Shown here piece after piece: positions 42,049-51,257 of a DNA stretch of 64,000 nt. The translations under genes were made by a program, and so were the position numbers. Position 1 is the first letter of the stretch; each line of letters opens with the position of its first letter. The stretch is from Pyrinomonadaceae bacterium (lineage in GTDB: Bacteria > Acidobacteriota > Blastocatellia > Pyrinomonadales > Pyrinomonadaceae). Under the pieces are notes generated by a model. That model was given only the letters and a program-made list of their open reading frames with translations. It did not search any database and was not told where the DNA came from. The stretch spans positions 23,146 through 87,145 of the forward strand of contig JBGTHZ010000042.1 of the NCBI GenBank assembly GCA_041745915.1, given 5' to 3'.

Positions 42049-43497
42049 ATGAAAACGTCTCTCTCTATCGACTCAGTGCGAGATGTCGCTGATCGTTTGC
42101 GGCAGTCAAACAATAATTTTGCGCAGAAATATCCTGGCGAAATCGGTCGCCGGCAACCCGTGCACACCGTCTATGGCGGCGCTCATCTTTTCAAGGCGGA
42201 TTCCGCCCTACGTCTGGGAGCATTGGCCCGCCGCTCACTGGACCAGTTTGCCCCGGACTTTCTGGTATTCGCAAAAGCGATTGACCTGCCCGGAACTGTC
42301 GACTTGCCTGATACGGTCGAGGATGCCAAGGACTTGAACGAGCAACTGGCAGACTCCCCCGAGGAGGTGCGTCGGAATAACAAACCAGCGTGGCTGGCCC
42401 ATACCATCTACCGCCGGGTTACCGATAAGCTGCGACGCGAGCCGGTAGAAGATTTTCGGATTGATTTCGAGGACGGTTACGGAAATCGTCCTGACGCCGA
42501 AGAAGACGGGCACGCTGTTGCCGCCGCGACCGAGGTCTCTGAAGGGGTCAGAAATCAAACACTGCCGCCATTCATAGGAATTCGTATCAAGCCTTTCACT
42601 GAGGAGCTTCGGGAACGAAGTTTTCGGACATTGGACATCTTCGTCTCCACTCTGTTGGACCAAACCGGTGGGCTACTTCCGGAAAATTTTGTCGTTACCC
42701 TGCCGAAGATTACGATCCCTGAACAAGTTTCGGCTCTCGTTGATTGCTTTGAGTTACTCGAAAAGGAAACTGAACTAGCCCCCGGTTCACTCAAGATGGA
42801 GATGATGATCGAAACCACACAGTCGATCATCAACGACCGTGGCGAGATCAATCTTCCGTTGTTGCACGCCGCCGCCAGAGGGCGCTCGGTGGCGGCGCAC
42901 TTTGGCACCTATGATTACACTGCGAATTGCAACATTACCGCCGCCTTTCAGCACATGGCGCATCCGGCCTGTGACTTTGCTAAACACATGATGCAAGTCT
43001 CTTTTGCCGGAACTGGTATCTGGTTATCGGATGGGGCCACCAACATCATGCCGGTGGCGCCGCACCGGTTCGTGGAGGGTGGGCCGCCTTTGACTCTGGA
43101 ACAGATCGAAGAAAACCGTGAGGTCGTGCATCGCGCTTGGAAGCTGCATTACAACCACATTCAGCACTCGCTGGAGAACGCGTTTTATCAAGGTTGGGAC
43201 CTGCATCCCGCACAGTTGCCCACGCGTTACGCCGCCGTCTACGCGTTCTTCCTCGAGAGCCTGGACGCGGCCTCGGAGCGCCTGAAAAATTTTGTGGAAA
43301 AGGCCGCGAAGGCGACATTAGTCGGTGATGTGTTTGATGATGCGGCTACGGGCCAGGGGCTGCTTAACTATTTCCTGCGCGCGATCAACTGCGGCGCATT
43401 AACCGAAGAAGAAGCGGTTGATCGGTCGGGCCTAACGATCGCCGAGTTGCGTTCAGGTTCGTTCGTAAAGATTCTGAACAACCGGCAGAGCTTGTAA
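42049..43497 (+). CDS. CitE/HpcH/malate-synthase-like TIM-barrel family protein (possibly the family annotated DUF6986 / aldolase-citrate lyase family)
   Basis: FRIDFEDGYG (xDxED-type), MMIETTQSI (Glu) and HFGTYDYTA (Asp) resemble the CitE-superfamily Mg/substrate motifs. Start chosen at ATG 42049. Confidence 0.45.
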   Translation: MKTSLSIDSVRDVADRLRQSNNNFAQKYPGEIGRRQPVHTVYGGAHLFKADSALRLGALARRSLDQFAPDFLVFAKAIDLPGTVDLPDTVEDAKDLNEQLADSPEEVRRNNKPAWLAHTIYRRVTDKLRREPVEDFRIDFEDGYGNRPDAEEDGHAVAAATEVSEGVRNQTLPPFIGIRIKPFTEELRERSFRTLDIFVSTLLDQTGGLLPENFVVTLPKITIPEQVSALVDCFELLEKETELAPGSLKMEMMIETTQSIINDRGEINLPLLHAAARGRSVAAHFGTYDYTANCNITAAFQHMAHPACDFAKHMMQVSFAGTGIWLSDGATNIMPVAPHRFVEGGPPLTLEQIEENREVVHRAWKLHYNHIQHSLENAFYQGWDLHPAQLPTRYAAVYAFFLESLDAASERLKNFVEKAAKATLVGDVFDDAATGQGLLNYFLRAINCGALTEEEAVDRSGLTIAELRSGSFVKILNNRQSL

Positions 43498-43576
43498 GGT
43501 AGTCTCCAACCATCGCTGTATAGGCACTCGCGTGTTAGTATTCCCTCATCTCACAACCTATCCCGGAGCTTTCGGT

Positions 43577-44137
43577 ATGGCTACAAAGATAGATCCTCTA
43601 ATGACAGTCACGGACCTTGAGGCGATGCCTGAAGACGGCAACCGCTATGAGGTTATCGAAGGAGAACTATTCGTGTCTTGCGCACCGGGCCTCACCCATC
43701 AGCAAGTTTCCATGAACATTTCGTTTCTTATCAGGAGTTACCTGGAGGGCTACCCAATCGGCCTCGTTTTCGCAACCCCCGGCCTCATCCTAACTGAGAT
43801 GAGCGGGGTCATTCCCGATATCGTGTTTTTCCGGCACGAACGAAGTCAGGACATTATTTCCGGCGAGCGGTTGACGGGAGCGCCTGATATCGTGGTCGAG
43901 ATTCTCTCGCCCGGCGCGGAGAACATACGGCGAGACCGGATGGCCAAGCGCCAGCTGTATGCCCGGCACGGCATAGCAGAGTATTGGATGGTCGATCCAG
44001 AGAAGCGAGCCCTGGAAGTCTATCGCTTGCAAAGCGGCTCGTTGGAATTGGTGGCGACGTTGAAGGATGAGGACGAACTCAACTCACCATTCTTGCCTGG
44101 ATTCAGTTGTGCCACTGCTGCCATTTTCCGAAAGTGA
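43577..44137 (+). CDS. Uma2 (DUF820) family endonuclease
   Basis: MPEDGNRYEVIEGELFV ... PDIVVEILSPG ... RDRMAKRQLYARHGIAEYWMVDP is the canonical restriction-endonuclease-like Uma2 pattern. Confidence 0.85.
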   Translation: MATKIDPLMTVTDLEAMPEDGNRYEVIEGELFVSCAPGLTHQQVSMNISFLIRSYLEGYPIGLVFATPGLILTEMSGVIPDIVFFRHERSQDIISGERLTGAPDIVVEILSPGAENIRRDRMAKRQLYARHGIAEYWMVDPEKRALEVYRLQSGSLELVATLKDEDELNSPFLPGFSCATAAIFRK

Positions 44138-44221
44138 AGAACAACAAAAGAATCAGAACCGGACTTTGCTACCACGTTTCTCCTTTATCAGAAAACACTA
44201 TTCGCACACTAAGAGAGGATC

Positions 44222-45907
44222 ATGATGAGATTCTGGAAAGAAACTGTCTCGCTCGCGCTCTTGCTGGTAGGTCTTCCATTGGCTATTTCTAGTGGCCAAA
44301 GAAAAAGTAAGCAAATGGAAGCTGGCGATCCTGAGCTTGCCAAAAAGATTCGCAGGTTTGCTCCCACCGTATTGACCGCTGAAACCTCTCGCCTTTCTCC
44401 AAACGACCGCAAAGCTCTGGACAAAATCGTCCAGGCCGCGAAGTTAATGGATCCACTCTTCCTGCGCCAGGTCTGGAGCGGGAATGAAGCCTTGCGTCAA
44501 AAACTCGATGCCGACAAGAGCGTTGTAGGTCGTCAACGACTGGACTACTTCTGGATCAACAAAGGTCCGTGGTCGCGAATCGATAGTAATCAACCGTTCA
44601 TTGAAGGAGTGCCCCCGAAGCCGCCGCAAGCAAATTACTATCCCGACGACATGACCAAGGAAGAGTTCAACAACTGGGTCGCGTCGCTTTCAGATGAAGA
44701 GAGGCACAAGGCCACTGGTTTCTTTTGGCTTATTCGGCGAGGCGATGACGGGAAGCTGAAAACAGTACCATACAGCGAGGCGTATTGGTTGTTTCTCAAC
44801 CCTGCCGGAGCCATGCTTCGCGAGGCGGCGAAGCTCACAACCAATAAGACTCTTAAAGACTTCCTTAGCAAGCGCGCTGATGCGTTTGCCTCCAACGACT
44901 ACTACCAGAGCGACGTCGCCTGGATGGATCTTGATGCACCTATCGATGTCACGATTGGGCCTTATGAAACTTACGAAGACGAGCTGTTTAGTTATAAGGC
45001 TGCGTTCGAAGCCTATGTGACGCTGCGCGACGAAGGCGAATCAGCGAAGCTGGCAAAGTTTAGCCAGTATCTCCAGGAACTTGAAGACAATCTACCCATG
45101 GATGCACGCTACCGCAATCCAAAATTGGGCGCCGCGTCTCCTATCCAGGTAGTCAATGAGGTGTTCAGTTCCGGTGAGGGCAACAGTGGCGTGCAAACGG
45201 CCGCGTTCAATCTGCCAAACGATGAACGGGTGGTCAAAGAGAAGGGTTCGAAGCGAGTAATGCTCAAGAACGTGCAGGAGGCGAAGTTTCAGAAGACCCT
45301 GATTCCGATCTCGCGGGTAGTGCTTTCCAGTGCGCAGCAATCGCTGCTTTCGTTTGAATCATTCTTTACGCACATTCTGGCCCACGAATTAATGCACGGC
45401 CTCGGACCTCATAACATTACGTTTGCCGGTCAGGCAACCACGGTGCGCCAACAACTAAAAGAGTTGTCCTCCCCTCTGGAAGAGGCTAAGGCCGACATCA
45501 CCGGTCTGTGGGCGTTGCAGTACCTTATTGACAAAGGTGTAGTGGAAAAACGGATGGAAAGCTCGCTCTACACAACGTTTCTGGCCAGCGCGTTTCGCTC
45601 GGTTCGCTTCGGGATCACGGGGTCTCACGGCAAGGGTATGGTGCTGCAGTTCAACTATCTCACCGACGAGGGCGCCATCGAAGTGAATGACCGAACCGGG
45701 ACGTTTAGCATCAATCAAGCGAAGATTAAGGACGCGGCGCGCAAACTGACGGGCGAAATTCTCACGATTCAAGCGGAAGGTTCGTACGAGAAGGCCAGGG
45801 CAATGCTTGATAAATATGCCGTCATCCGGCCTCCAATGCAGAACGCGCTCGATCGTCTGAAAGATGTGCCCGTGGATATCGAGCCGATCTTCCCGCTGGC
45901 GAGGTAG
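44222..45907 (+). CDS. Exported zinc peptidase resembling dipeptidyl-peptidase III (M49), pentapeptide HExxH subgroup
   Basis: Signal-like N-terminus. HELMHGLGPH plus downstream LEEAKADITG corresponds to the HExx(G)H / EExxAE pair of M49. Confidence 0.5.
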   Translation: MMRFWKETVSLALLLVGLPLAISSGQRKSKQMEAGDPELAKKIRRFAPTVLTAETSRLSPNDRKALDKIVQAAKLMDPLFLRQVWSGNEALRQKLDADKSVVGRQRLDYFWINKGPWSRIDSNQPFIEGVPPKPPQANYYPDDMTKEEFNNWVASLSDEERHKATGFFWLIRRGDDGKLKTVPYSEAYWLFLNPAGAMLREAAKLTTNKTLKDFLSKRADAFASNDYYQSDVAWMDLDAPIDVTIGPYETYEDELFSYKAAFEAYVTLRDEGESAKLAKFSQYLQELEDNLPMDARYRNPKLGAASPIQVVNEVFSSGEGNSGVQTAAFNLPNDERVVKEKGSKRVMLKNVQEAKFQKTLIPISRVVLSSAQQSLLSFESFFTHILAHELMHGLGPHNITFAGQATTVRQQLKELSSPLEEAKADITGLWALQYLIDKGVVEKRMESSLYTTFLASAFRSVRFGITGSHGKGMVLQFNYLTDEGAIEVNDRTGTFSINQAKIKDAARKLTGEILTIQAEGSYEKARAMLDKYAVIRPPMQNALDRLKDVPVDIEPIFPLAR

Positions 45908-45956
45908 TTGGTAGCAAGTGAAAGAAAACTGTCTCCGGACCGAAAGAGCCTACAGC

Positions 45957-46086
45957 AATTTGCAGGTTGGGAAGGGTGGCTTGCCCCCGCTCAAGATTCC
46001 CTGCCACTCAACCTTGAACTGACCATTCAAGCCGGTAAATTTGGCAGATTGAGCGGGGGCAAGCCACCCTTCCCAACTTGCAAATT
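45957..46086. repeat. Family D MITE-like palindromic element, copy 2
   Basis: A 38-nt left arm (aatttgcaggttgggaagggtggcttgcccccgctcaa) pairs with a 38-nt right arm (ttgagcgggggcaagccacccttcccaacttgcaaatt). The internal 29 bp are perfectly complementary. Confidence 0.9.
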
Positions 46087-46124
46087 ACCGATGATTGAGT
46101 AATGTCTGCGAGCTCTGCGGCCAC

Positions 46125-46952
46125 TCACGCGCGGCGGATGAACTTCGCGGCAATCCAGCCAAGAAGCACGAGGATTGAAAGGATGGCCCAACCGTAGCGG
46201 TCGCCGTAGGTCACGCCGGGAAAGTGGTTGCTGATCATGAGGAAGACCACCGGCACGGCCATGAAAGTGTTTTGCTTTGAGCGCAGCTTGGCTTGAGCAG
46301 ACAGGACACCGTCAGGCTTTCGTCCTTCCTTGATGGCGGCGATCATTTTCTTTTGAGCCGGCAAAATATGCAGCCAGACGTTGGCGGCCATGATGGTACC
46401 GAACATTGCGCCGACGTGGATGTAAGCGGCGCGGCCGCTGAAAACGCGTGAAAGTCCGTAGCTAGTCCCGACAACCATGATATAGGCAATAACCGCGAAG
46501 GCCGTTTCATTCCGTCGCAATGGTGACATCACCATCAGATCGTAGACGATTCCTGCTCCCAGTAGCAGCCCGAGTCCCAGCGCAACCGCTGCTGGCACGC
46601 TGATCTCGCTCACATCCGGATCCACGAGCGCGCCGCCGCCGAGGTAGTAAACGAGGACTAAGAGCGCCATGCCGCTGAGCCAGGTGGTTCCTGCTTCCCA
46701 GCGAAACCAATGCAGATGGCGCGAAACTAGATCGGGAACTTTGCGCTTCTCAACTACATAAAAGCCGCCGCTGTGGACCATCCAGATCTGCGCTGGAGTT
46801 CCGGTGTTGGCCAATGCCTTTTCCTCTTCGCTGAGCCGCGCATCCAGCCAGGTGAAGTAGTAGGTGGTACCTACCCACATGATGCCGGCAAAGACGTGCA
46901 CCCAACGCAGTACCAGGTTGAGCCATTCATTTAGAGTTGGATCAAGAATCAT
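46125..46952 (-). CDS. Membrane protein resembling the urate hydroxylase PuuD N-terminal (DUF989/Urate_ox_N) domain, without a cytochrome c module
   Basis: WLNLVLRWVHVFAGIMWVGTTYYFTWLD matches my memory of the DUF989 N-terminus. It is polytopic, contains no Cys, and is the last gene of the uraD-uraH string. Confidence 0.55.
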   Translation of the reverse strand: MILDPTLNEWLNLVLRWVHVFAGIMWVGTTYYFTWLDARLSEEEKALANTGTPAQIWMVHSGGFYVVEKRKVPDLVSRHLHWFRWEAGTTWLSGMALLVLVYYLGGGALVDPDVSEISVPAAVALGLGLLLGAGIVYDLMVMSPLRRNETAFAVIAYIMVVGTSYGLSRVFSGRAAYIHVGAMFGTIMAANVWLHILPAQKKMIAAIKEGRKPDGVLSAQAKLRSKQNTFMAVPVVFLMISNHFPGVTYGDRYGWAILSILVLLGWIAAKFIRRA

Positions 46953-46992
46953 CTAGAACAGACTATGATCAGAGCCCGCGACATATTCAGGC

Positions 46993-47060
46993 AGTTCAGA
47001 GTTCAACCTTTAGGTTGCGCGTTACCAAACACGCAAGCTAAAGCTTGAACTCTAAACTAC
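46993..47060. repeat. Family E hairpin, copy 2
   Basis: gttcagagttcaacctttaggttg ... caagctaaagcttgaactctaaac. Confidence 0.8.
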
Positions 47061-47087
47061 TTGAACATAGGCTGAGGCTTCTGCCAC

Positions 47088-47432
47088 TCAAGCTCCGCGA
47101 TAGGTTGAATACCCAAACGGACTAATCAAAAGTGGAATGTGATAGTGCTGAGGTTCTTCCCCGATCGTAAACACCACGCTGACCTGGGGATAGAAGCAAT
47201 TATTGTCGTGCGCTGAGAAATAAGCCTCTGTATCGAAGACCAACCGGTACGTGCCTGCCTGCAATGGTTCTTCCAACAGGAAAAAAGGCTTCACTCGTCC
47301 CTCTTCATCCGTCCAGGCGTGAGTGAGTTGTTCCCAGCTCTCATCACTCTTCTGACTTTCAAGAGAGACCGCCACTCCATTTGCAGGCTTGCCGCGGGCG
47401 GTGTCAAGAATGTGGGTTGATATGGTACTCAT
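47088..47432 (-). CDS. uraH: 5-hydroxyisourate hydrolase (transthyretin-like)
   Basis: STHILDTARGKPA start and C-terminal YSTYRGA; 114 aa. Confidence 0.95.
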   Translation of the reverse strand: MSTISTHILDTARGKPANGVAVSLESQKSDESWEQLTHAWTDEEGRVKPFFLLEEPLQAGTYRLVFDTEAYFSAHDNNCFYPQVSVVFTIGEEPQHYHIPLLISPFGYSTYRGA

Positions 47433-47941
47433 TGGTCTATTAGTTTCCTGAGTCGCAGTTTGGTAATGCGAGCCTGCTCGCGAGCGGCAATACGTAATTC
47501 TGTTTCCGCATCGTTCGGCAGCCGCTCATGAAGGATGGCGAGCATCTCTTCGGAACTCTTTCCGCTGGCGCAAACAATATAAATGTAGCCAAACTTTTCC
47601 TCATACTCCCGGTTGAGCTCAGCCAGCGAGCGCACCGTTTCCTTCGCTGCATCCCGCGCCCCGGACTGTTCCTGGGCGGCCCAGGTTTCAGCTACAGCAG
47701 CGGTTGCGCGGGCCGCCTTGTTTTCTCCAATTTTAGGGTGACTGGCAAACGCCTCCAACCAGTCGTCCGGTTCAAGCGACCACCAGACGCGATCCGCGAT
47801 CGTGATCAGCTGGCTCGAATTAGCAAAGGGGCGTTCGGCAGCCATGCGACGGGCCCACTTGGTTGAACCGCAGCATTTACCAAACTCCAGCTCTGCCTCG
47901 TTTGGGGTCAACGAATTCAATCGCTCAAGACCAGGCTGCAA
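47429..47941 (-). CDS. uraD: 2-oxo-4-hydroxy-4-carboxy-5-ureidoimidazoline (OHCU) decarboxylase
   Basis: AFASHPKIGE motif; 170 aa; 4-nt overlap with uraH. Confidence 0.9.
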   Translation of the reverse strand: MQPGLERLNSLTPNEAELEFGKCCGSTKWARRMAAERPFANSSQLITIADRVWWSLEPDDWLEAFASHPKIGENKAARATAAVAETWAAQEQSGARDAAKETVRSLAELNREYEEKFGYIYIVCASGKSSEEMLAILHERLPNDAETELRIAAREQARITKLRLRKLIDQ

Positions 47942-47956
47942 TTCGATTCTCCGAAC

Positions 47957-48946
47957 CTAAGCTTCTCCAGCTCTGCCAAACAGACGAAGCCGGCTGACAC
48001 CGCCATCCGGAAAGATATTGAACCTCACGTGCGAGATGGTTCCCGCATCCAGTATCTCCGCTTCAAAAAAATGCCGTGTGTGCGCCTGTAGTTTCAATCT
48101 CGGCAGGACCGGCTTCCATTCAAGGTTTTGGGGCCTGACATTGCCGCTCGCCTGGCACGCTTCCAGCGAGCAGCTATCGGGGGAGTTGCCCTTGAAGTAA
48201 GACGTGTCAACCTCGATACAACGAATCCGTCCAGGCTTGCCAAGCTTGATTGTTACCCAGTCATGACCGGGACCACGGCGACGCGCCGTTTCCCAGCCAT
48301 CACTCATATTCACAGCGCGTCCCGGCATAATCAAGTTGTGCTTGTGGCCAAAGAACATGTCGCTGCAAGAGAGCACCAGGCCGCCGTTCTCTGCCGCCGC
48401 CAGATCAACGTCGCTGCCCCTGCGTTCCAGCCTTTCCCAATCGGGTGCGACCTCGCCATAGACTCTCAATCGCGCTACGCCGCCGTCCGGATAAATCTTA
48501 AAACGCAGATGCGTGAAGCGGCCGTTCATCCCGATCCCAAAGAGATTTGGCGAATTGCCTACGAGATCGGACAGCGGCAGAACCCCGGTCCATTCGGTTT
48601 CTTCACTGGTAAGTTGCTCTACGCCCGGTTGACCATCAATCGTGCATCCCTCGAGCGAACATTGCGCAGGATAGTTTCCGCGGAAGTGAGTCGTGTCGAC
48701 GACGACTCCACGGATGATGCCCGGCAATCCCAACCTGATGATGCACCAATCATAACCCGGAGTGCGACGGCGGCGGGTTTCCCATCCGTCCATCCACTTG
48801 CCGAGATCGGTGTACTTGCCCTCGATAAATACTGGGGTACTAGTCTTGAGCAGATTTTCTTTGGGCGCGAAAAATTCGTCATTGGCGAAGAGCGCCGCCC
48901 CACCCAGTCTCTCGCTTGCCAGATCTATTAGTTCAGTGAAGTCCAT
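47957..48946 (-). CDS. alc: Allantoicase
   Basis: Two-repeat architecture with N-terminal LASERLGGAALFANDEFFAPKENLL and GWETRRRR / GWETARRR repeats. Confidence 0.9.
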   Translation of the reverse strand: MDFTELIDLASERLGGAALFANDEFFAPKENLLKTSTPVFIEGKYTDLGKWMDGWETRRRRTPGYDWCIIRLGLPGIIRGVVVDTTHFRGNYPAQCSLEGCTIDGQPGVEQLTSEETEWTGVLPLSDLVGNSPNLFGIGMNGRFTHLRFKIYPDGGVARLRVYGEVAPDWERLERRGSDVDLAAAENGGLVLSCSDMFFGHKHNLIMPGRAVNMSDGWETARRRGPGHDWVTIKLGKPGRIRCIEVDTSYFKGNSPDSCSLEACQASGNVRPQNLEWKPVLPRLKLQAHTRHFFEAEILDAGTISHVRFNIFPDGGVSRLRLFGRAGEA

Positions 48947-48961
48947 TTCATCATCCCGAAT

Positions 48962-49073
48962 TTTAGCCGCGGATTAACGCGGATGAGCGCGGATATGAAT
49001 AGGAAGAAGCAAAAGACAACTAAAGTATTGTCTTTCTCGGATCCGCGTTCATCCGCGCAGATCCGCAGCTAAA
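48962..49073. repeat. Word-built palindrome (ATCCGCG words, 10-nt period) between allantoinase and allantoicase genes
   Basis: tttagccgcggattaacgcggatgagcgcggat pairs with atccgcgttcatccgcgcagatccgcagctaaa. There is an inner small hairpin aaagacaa/ttgtcttt. Confidence 0.85.
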
Positions 49074-49095
49074 ATCCGCTTTGCCAGCTCGCTTC

Positions 49096-50466
49096 TCACA
49101 CCTGCAGCAGCAGCCCAGTTGGCTTCGGCACGAATTCGCCAGCATCATATATCTTCTCGCCGCGAAGAAAAGTCTTTTCGACTACTCCCGTCAGCGTTAG
49201 CCCTGCATAGGGGGTGAGTTTGTGCCGATGGTGCAGCATCGCCGGTTCCACGAGGAACTCTTTCTCGGGATTCCAGATCACGATATCTGCGTCACCGCCA
49301 ACACCGATGGCGCCTTTGCGTCTTGCCATACCGACTAATGCCGCCGGCGCATGGCACAGCCAACGGGCCAGATCTTCAATTGAGTGCCCGCGCCGTTGCG
49401 CATATGTCCAGATAGCCGGCAGGCGAAGCTGCAAGGAAGAGATGCCACCCCAGGCCTGAAGAAAATCTCCACTCTCCCGAAGTTTCATATCGGGGGGACA
49501 CGGGGAATGATCGGAAACCACCATGTCGATTGTCCCGTCACCCAGCGCCTGCCATAGTTGCTCACGGTTTTCTCGCTCGCGAATAGGCGGGCAGCATTTG
49601 AATTCAGTTGCTCCGTTGCCGATGTCTTCGGCCGCAAAAACGAGATAATGCGGACAAGTCTCGGTTGTAATACTCACTCCGGCCGCCCGGGCCTCACGCA
49701 GCATCGGCAAAGCATCGGCCGAGGAGTGATGGACGATGTGGATGCGCGCGCTAAACTCGCGGCCTAATTGGATCATTAACCCGACGGCCTCGTTCTCAGC
49801 CACGCGTGGGCGTGATTCAAGAAATGTCTTGTATGCTGTCGGAGCACCATTCGTCGGCGACGGTCCGGCCGACTTGCAGCGTTCTTCGATGGGACCCGGC
49901 ACTTCTGCATGAACAATAAGGACGGCGCCCAGCCGTGCCAATTCTGGTAGGGCCTGGCGTAGATCGTGTTCGGTAACATTGGGAAACTCTTCGACACCCG
50001 AGTGAATCAAGAAACACTTGAAACCGACCACGCCCGCCTTCCTCAACGAGGCAAGCTCGGAGGTGTTCCCGGGAACGACGCCGCCCCAAAAACCAACGTC
50101 GACGTAGCACCGGTCGCGAGCAGCTTCGACCTTCGCTCTTAAACCCTCGACCGTGGTAGTAGGGGGAATACTGTTCAGTGGCATGTCAACCAGAGTGGTT
50201 ACGCCACCCGCTGCGGCTGCCCTCGTAGCTGTCGCAAAACCCTCCCAATCGGTCCGTCCAGGCTCATTGATGTGCACGTGACTGTCTACTAGTCCCGGCA
50301 TCACAATCGAAGCCTCATCAGCTTCGACGATCTCGCAGTTCGAGGTCACATCGTTGTACGAACTTATGTCCGTGATTTTGCCGTTAAGAATATGAATTGA
50401 GGCGGGAACTATCGAGTCTGGAAGCACAACTCTTTGGCCGCGAATGATAAGTTGCGGAACGGGCAT
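49096..50466 (-). CDS. allB: Allantoinase
   Basis: Amidohydrolase motif LVDSHVHINEPGRTDWEGF; 456 aa; operon context. Confidence 0.9.
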   Translation of the reverse strand: MPVPQLIIRGQRVVLPDSIVPASIHILNGKITDISSYNDVTSNCEIVEADEASIVMPGLVDSHVHINEPGRTDWEGFATATRAAAAGGVTTLVDMPLNSIPPTTTVEGLRAKVEAARDRCYVDVGFWGGVVPGNTSELASLRKAGVVGFKCFLIHSGVEEFPNVTEHDLRQALPELARLGAVLIVHAEVPGPIEERCKSAGPSPTNGAPTAYKTFLESRPRVAENEAVGLMIQLGREFSARIHIVHHSSADALPMLREARAAGVSITTETCPHYLVFAAEDIGNGATEFKCCPPIRERENREQLWQALGDGTIDMVVSDHSPCPPDMKLRESGDFLQAWGGISSLQLRLPAIWTYAQRRGHSIEDLARWLCHAPAALVGMARRKGAIGVGGDADIVIWNPEKEFLVEPAMLHHRHKLTPYAGLTLTGVVEKTFLRGEKIYDAGEFVPKPTGLLLQV

Positions 50467-50478
50467 TGCGCAGCAAGC

Positions 50479-51222
50479 TCAGGTAAATGATGGTGGCGGC
50501 GGCGGCAGAATTGGACCCTGGCCTTCGCCCAGACCGAACACTTGTTCATAGGCTACGGCAATCGCCGCAAAGCCAATTGGAAGCGCCAGAAAAACTCCCA
50601 CATAACATAACAGCACCCCAGCAAATCCTATCAGTCCGTTAAGCATCAGCAATCCCAGCAAGGGCCAGAAATTTGCAAGAGCAGCCCTGGCGCTGAGCTT
50701 GACCGCGTCTATGCCTGACAACTTTCGGTCAACAATCAGCGGGTACGAAAACGTGAATACGACTGAAAGCAGAATTATCAAGATCAACATAACCAGCACT
50801 AACACGATGATTCCTGCGAAGAAGGCGAAGACAGTCGAGGGGTCTGGTTCGCCGCCTCGCTGAGTGATCAAGAAAAGGCCACCATACAACACGATGTAGA
50901 AGGGAACGATAACCATCACCATCGGTACGTAATGTATGAGCGTGGCGACGACGCTCTCAGCGAAGAAGTCGAAGCCCTTGAAGAGAGTGCCAAACTCAAC
51001 CATCTCGCCGCGCCGGCGCCGGAAAAGCGCCATGTAAATGCCGCACATCATCGGTCCCAGAACGATGCCGAACGGCACGAAGCTGCCCAGGATGATCGCC
51101 ACCAGGCTCATCCCTACGAAGAGCCAGTATTGGTCCCTCAGCAGGCCCCAGCCGGTCTTAATACAGTAAATTGGCTGGACGACGCCCCGTTTAAAGGGGG
51201 TTGCGGGGGAGAGGTTTTGCAT
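50479..51222 (-). CDS. Integral membrane protein of unknown function
   Basis: 247 aa with about 6 hydrophobic segments and a C-terminal PPPPPS tail. No family recognised with confidence. Confidence 0.55.
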   Translation of the reverse strand: MQNLSPATPFKRGVVQPIYCIKTGWGLLRDQYWLFVGMSLVAIILGSFVPFGIVLGPMMCGIYMALFRRRRGEMVEFGTLFKGFDFFAESVVATLIHYVPMVMVIVPFYIVLYGGLFLITQRGGEPDPSTVFAFFAGIIVLVLVMLILIILLSVVFTFSYPLIVDRKLSGIDAVKLSARAALANFWPLLGLLMLNGLIGFAGVLLCYVGVFLALPIGFAAIAVAYEQVFGLGEGQGPILPPPPPSFT

Positions 51223-51257
51223 TTTTGAAGTCCTTCTAGTTTGTTAACTCAAACTTC

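Noticed and set aside
41193-44221. An integrated mobile element next to tRNA-Glu, with the Uma2 nuclease as cargo.
   Set aside because: There is no integrase, recombinase or transposase, and I found no direct repeat of the tRNA 3' end in the window. Uma2 genes are common stand-alone chromosomal genes.
48128-48931. A 267-aa plus-strand ORF.
   Set aside because: It is entirely antisense to the allantoicase gene, which has strong family motifs and operon context. It has no recognisable domain.
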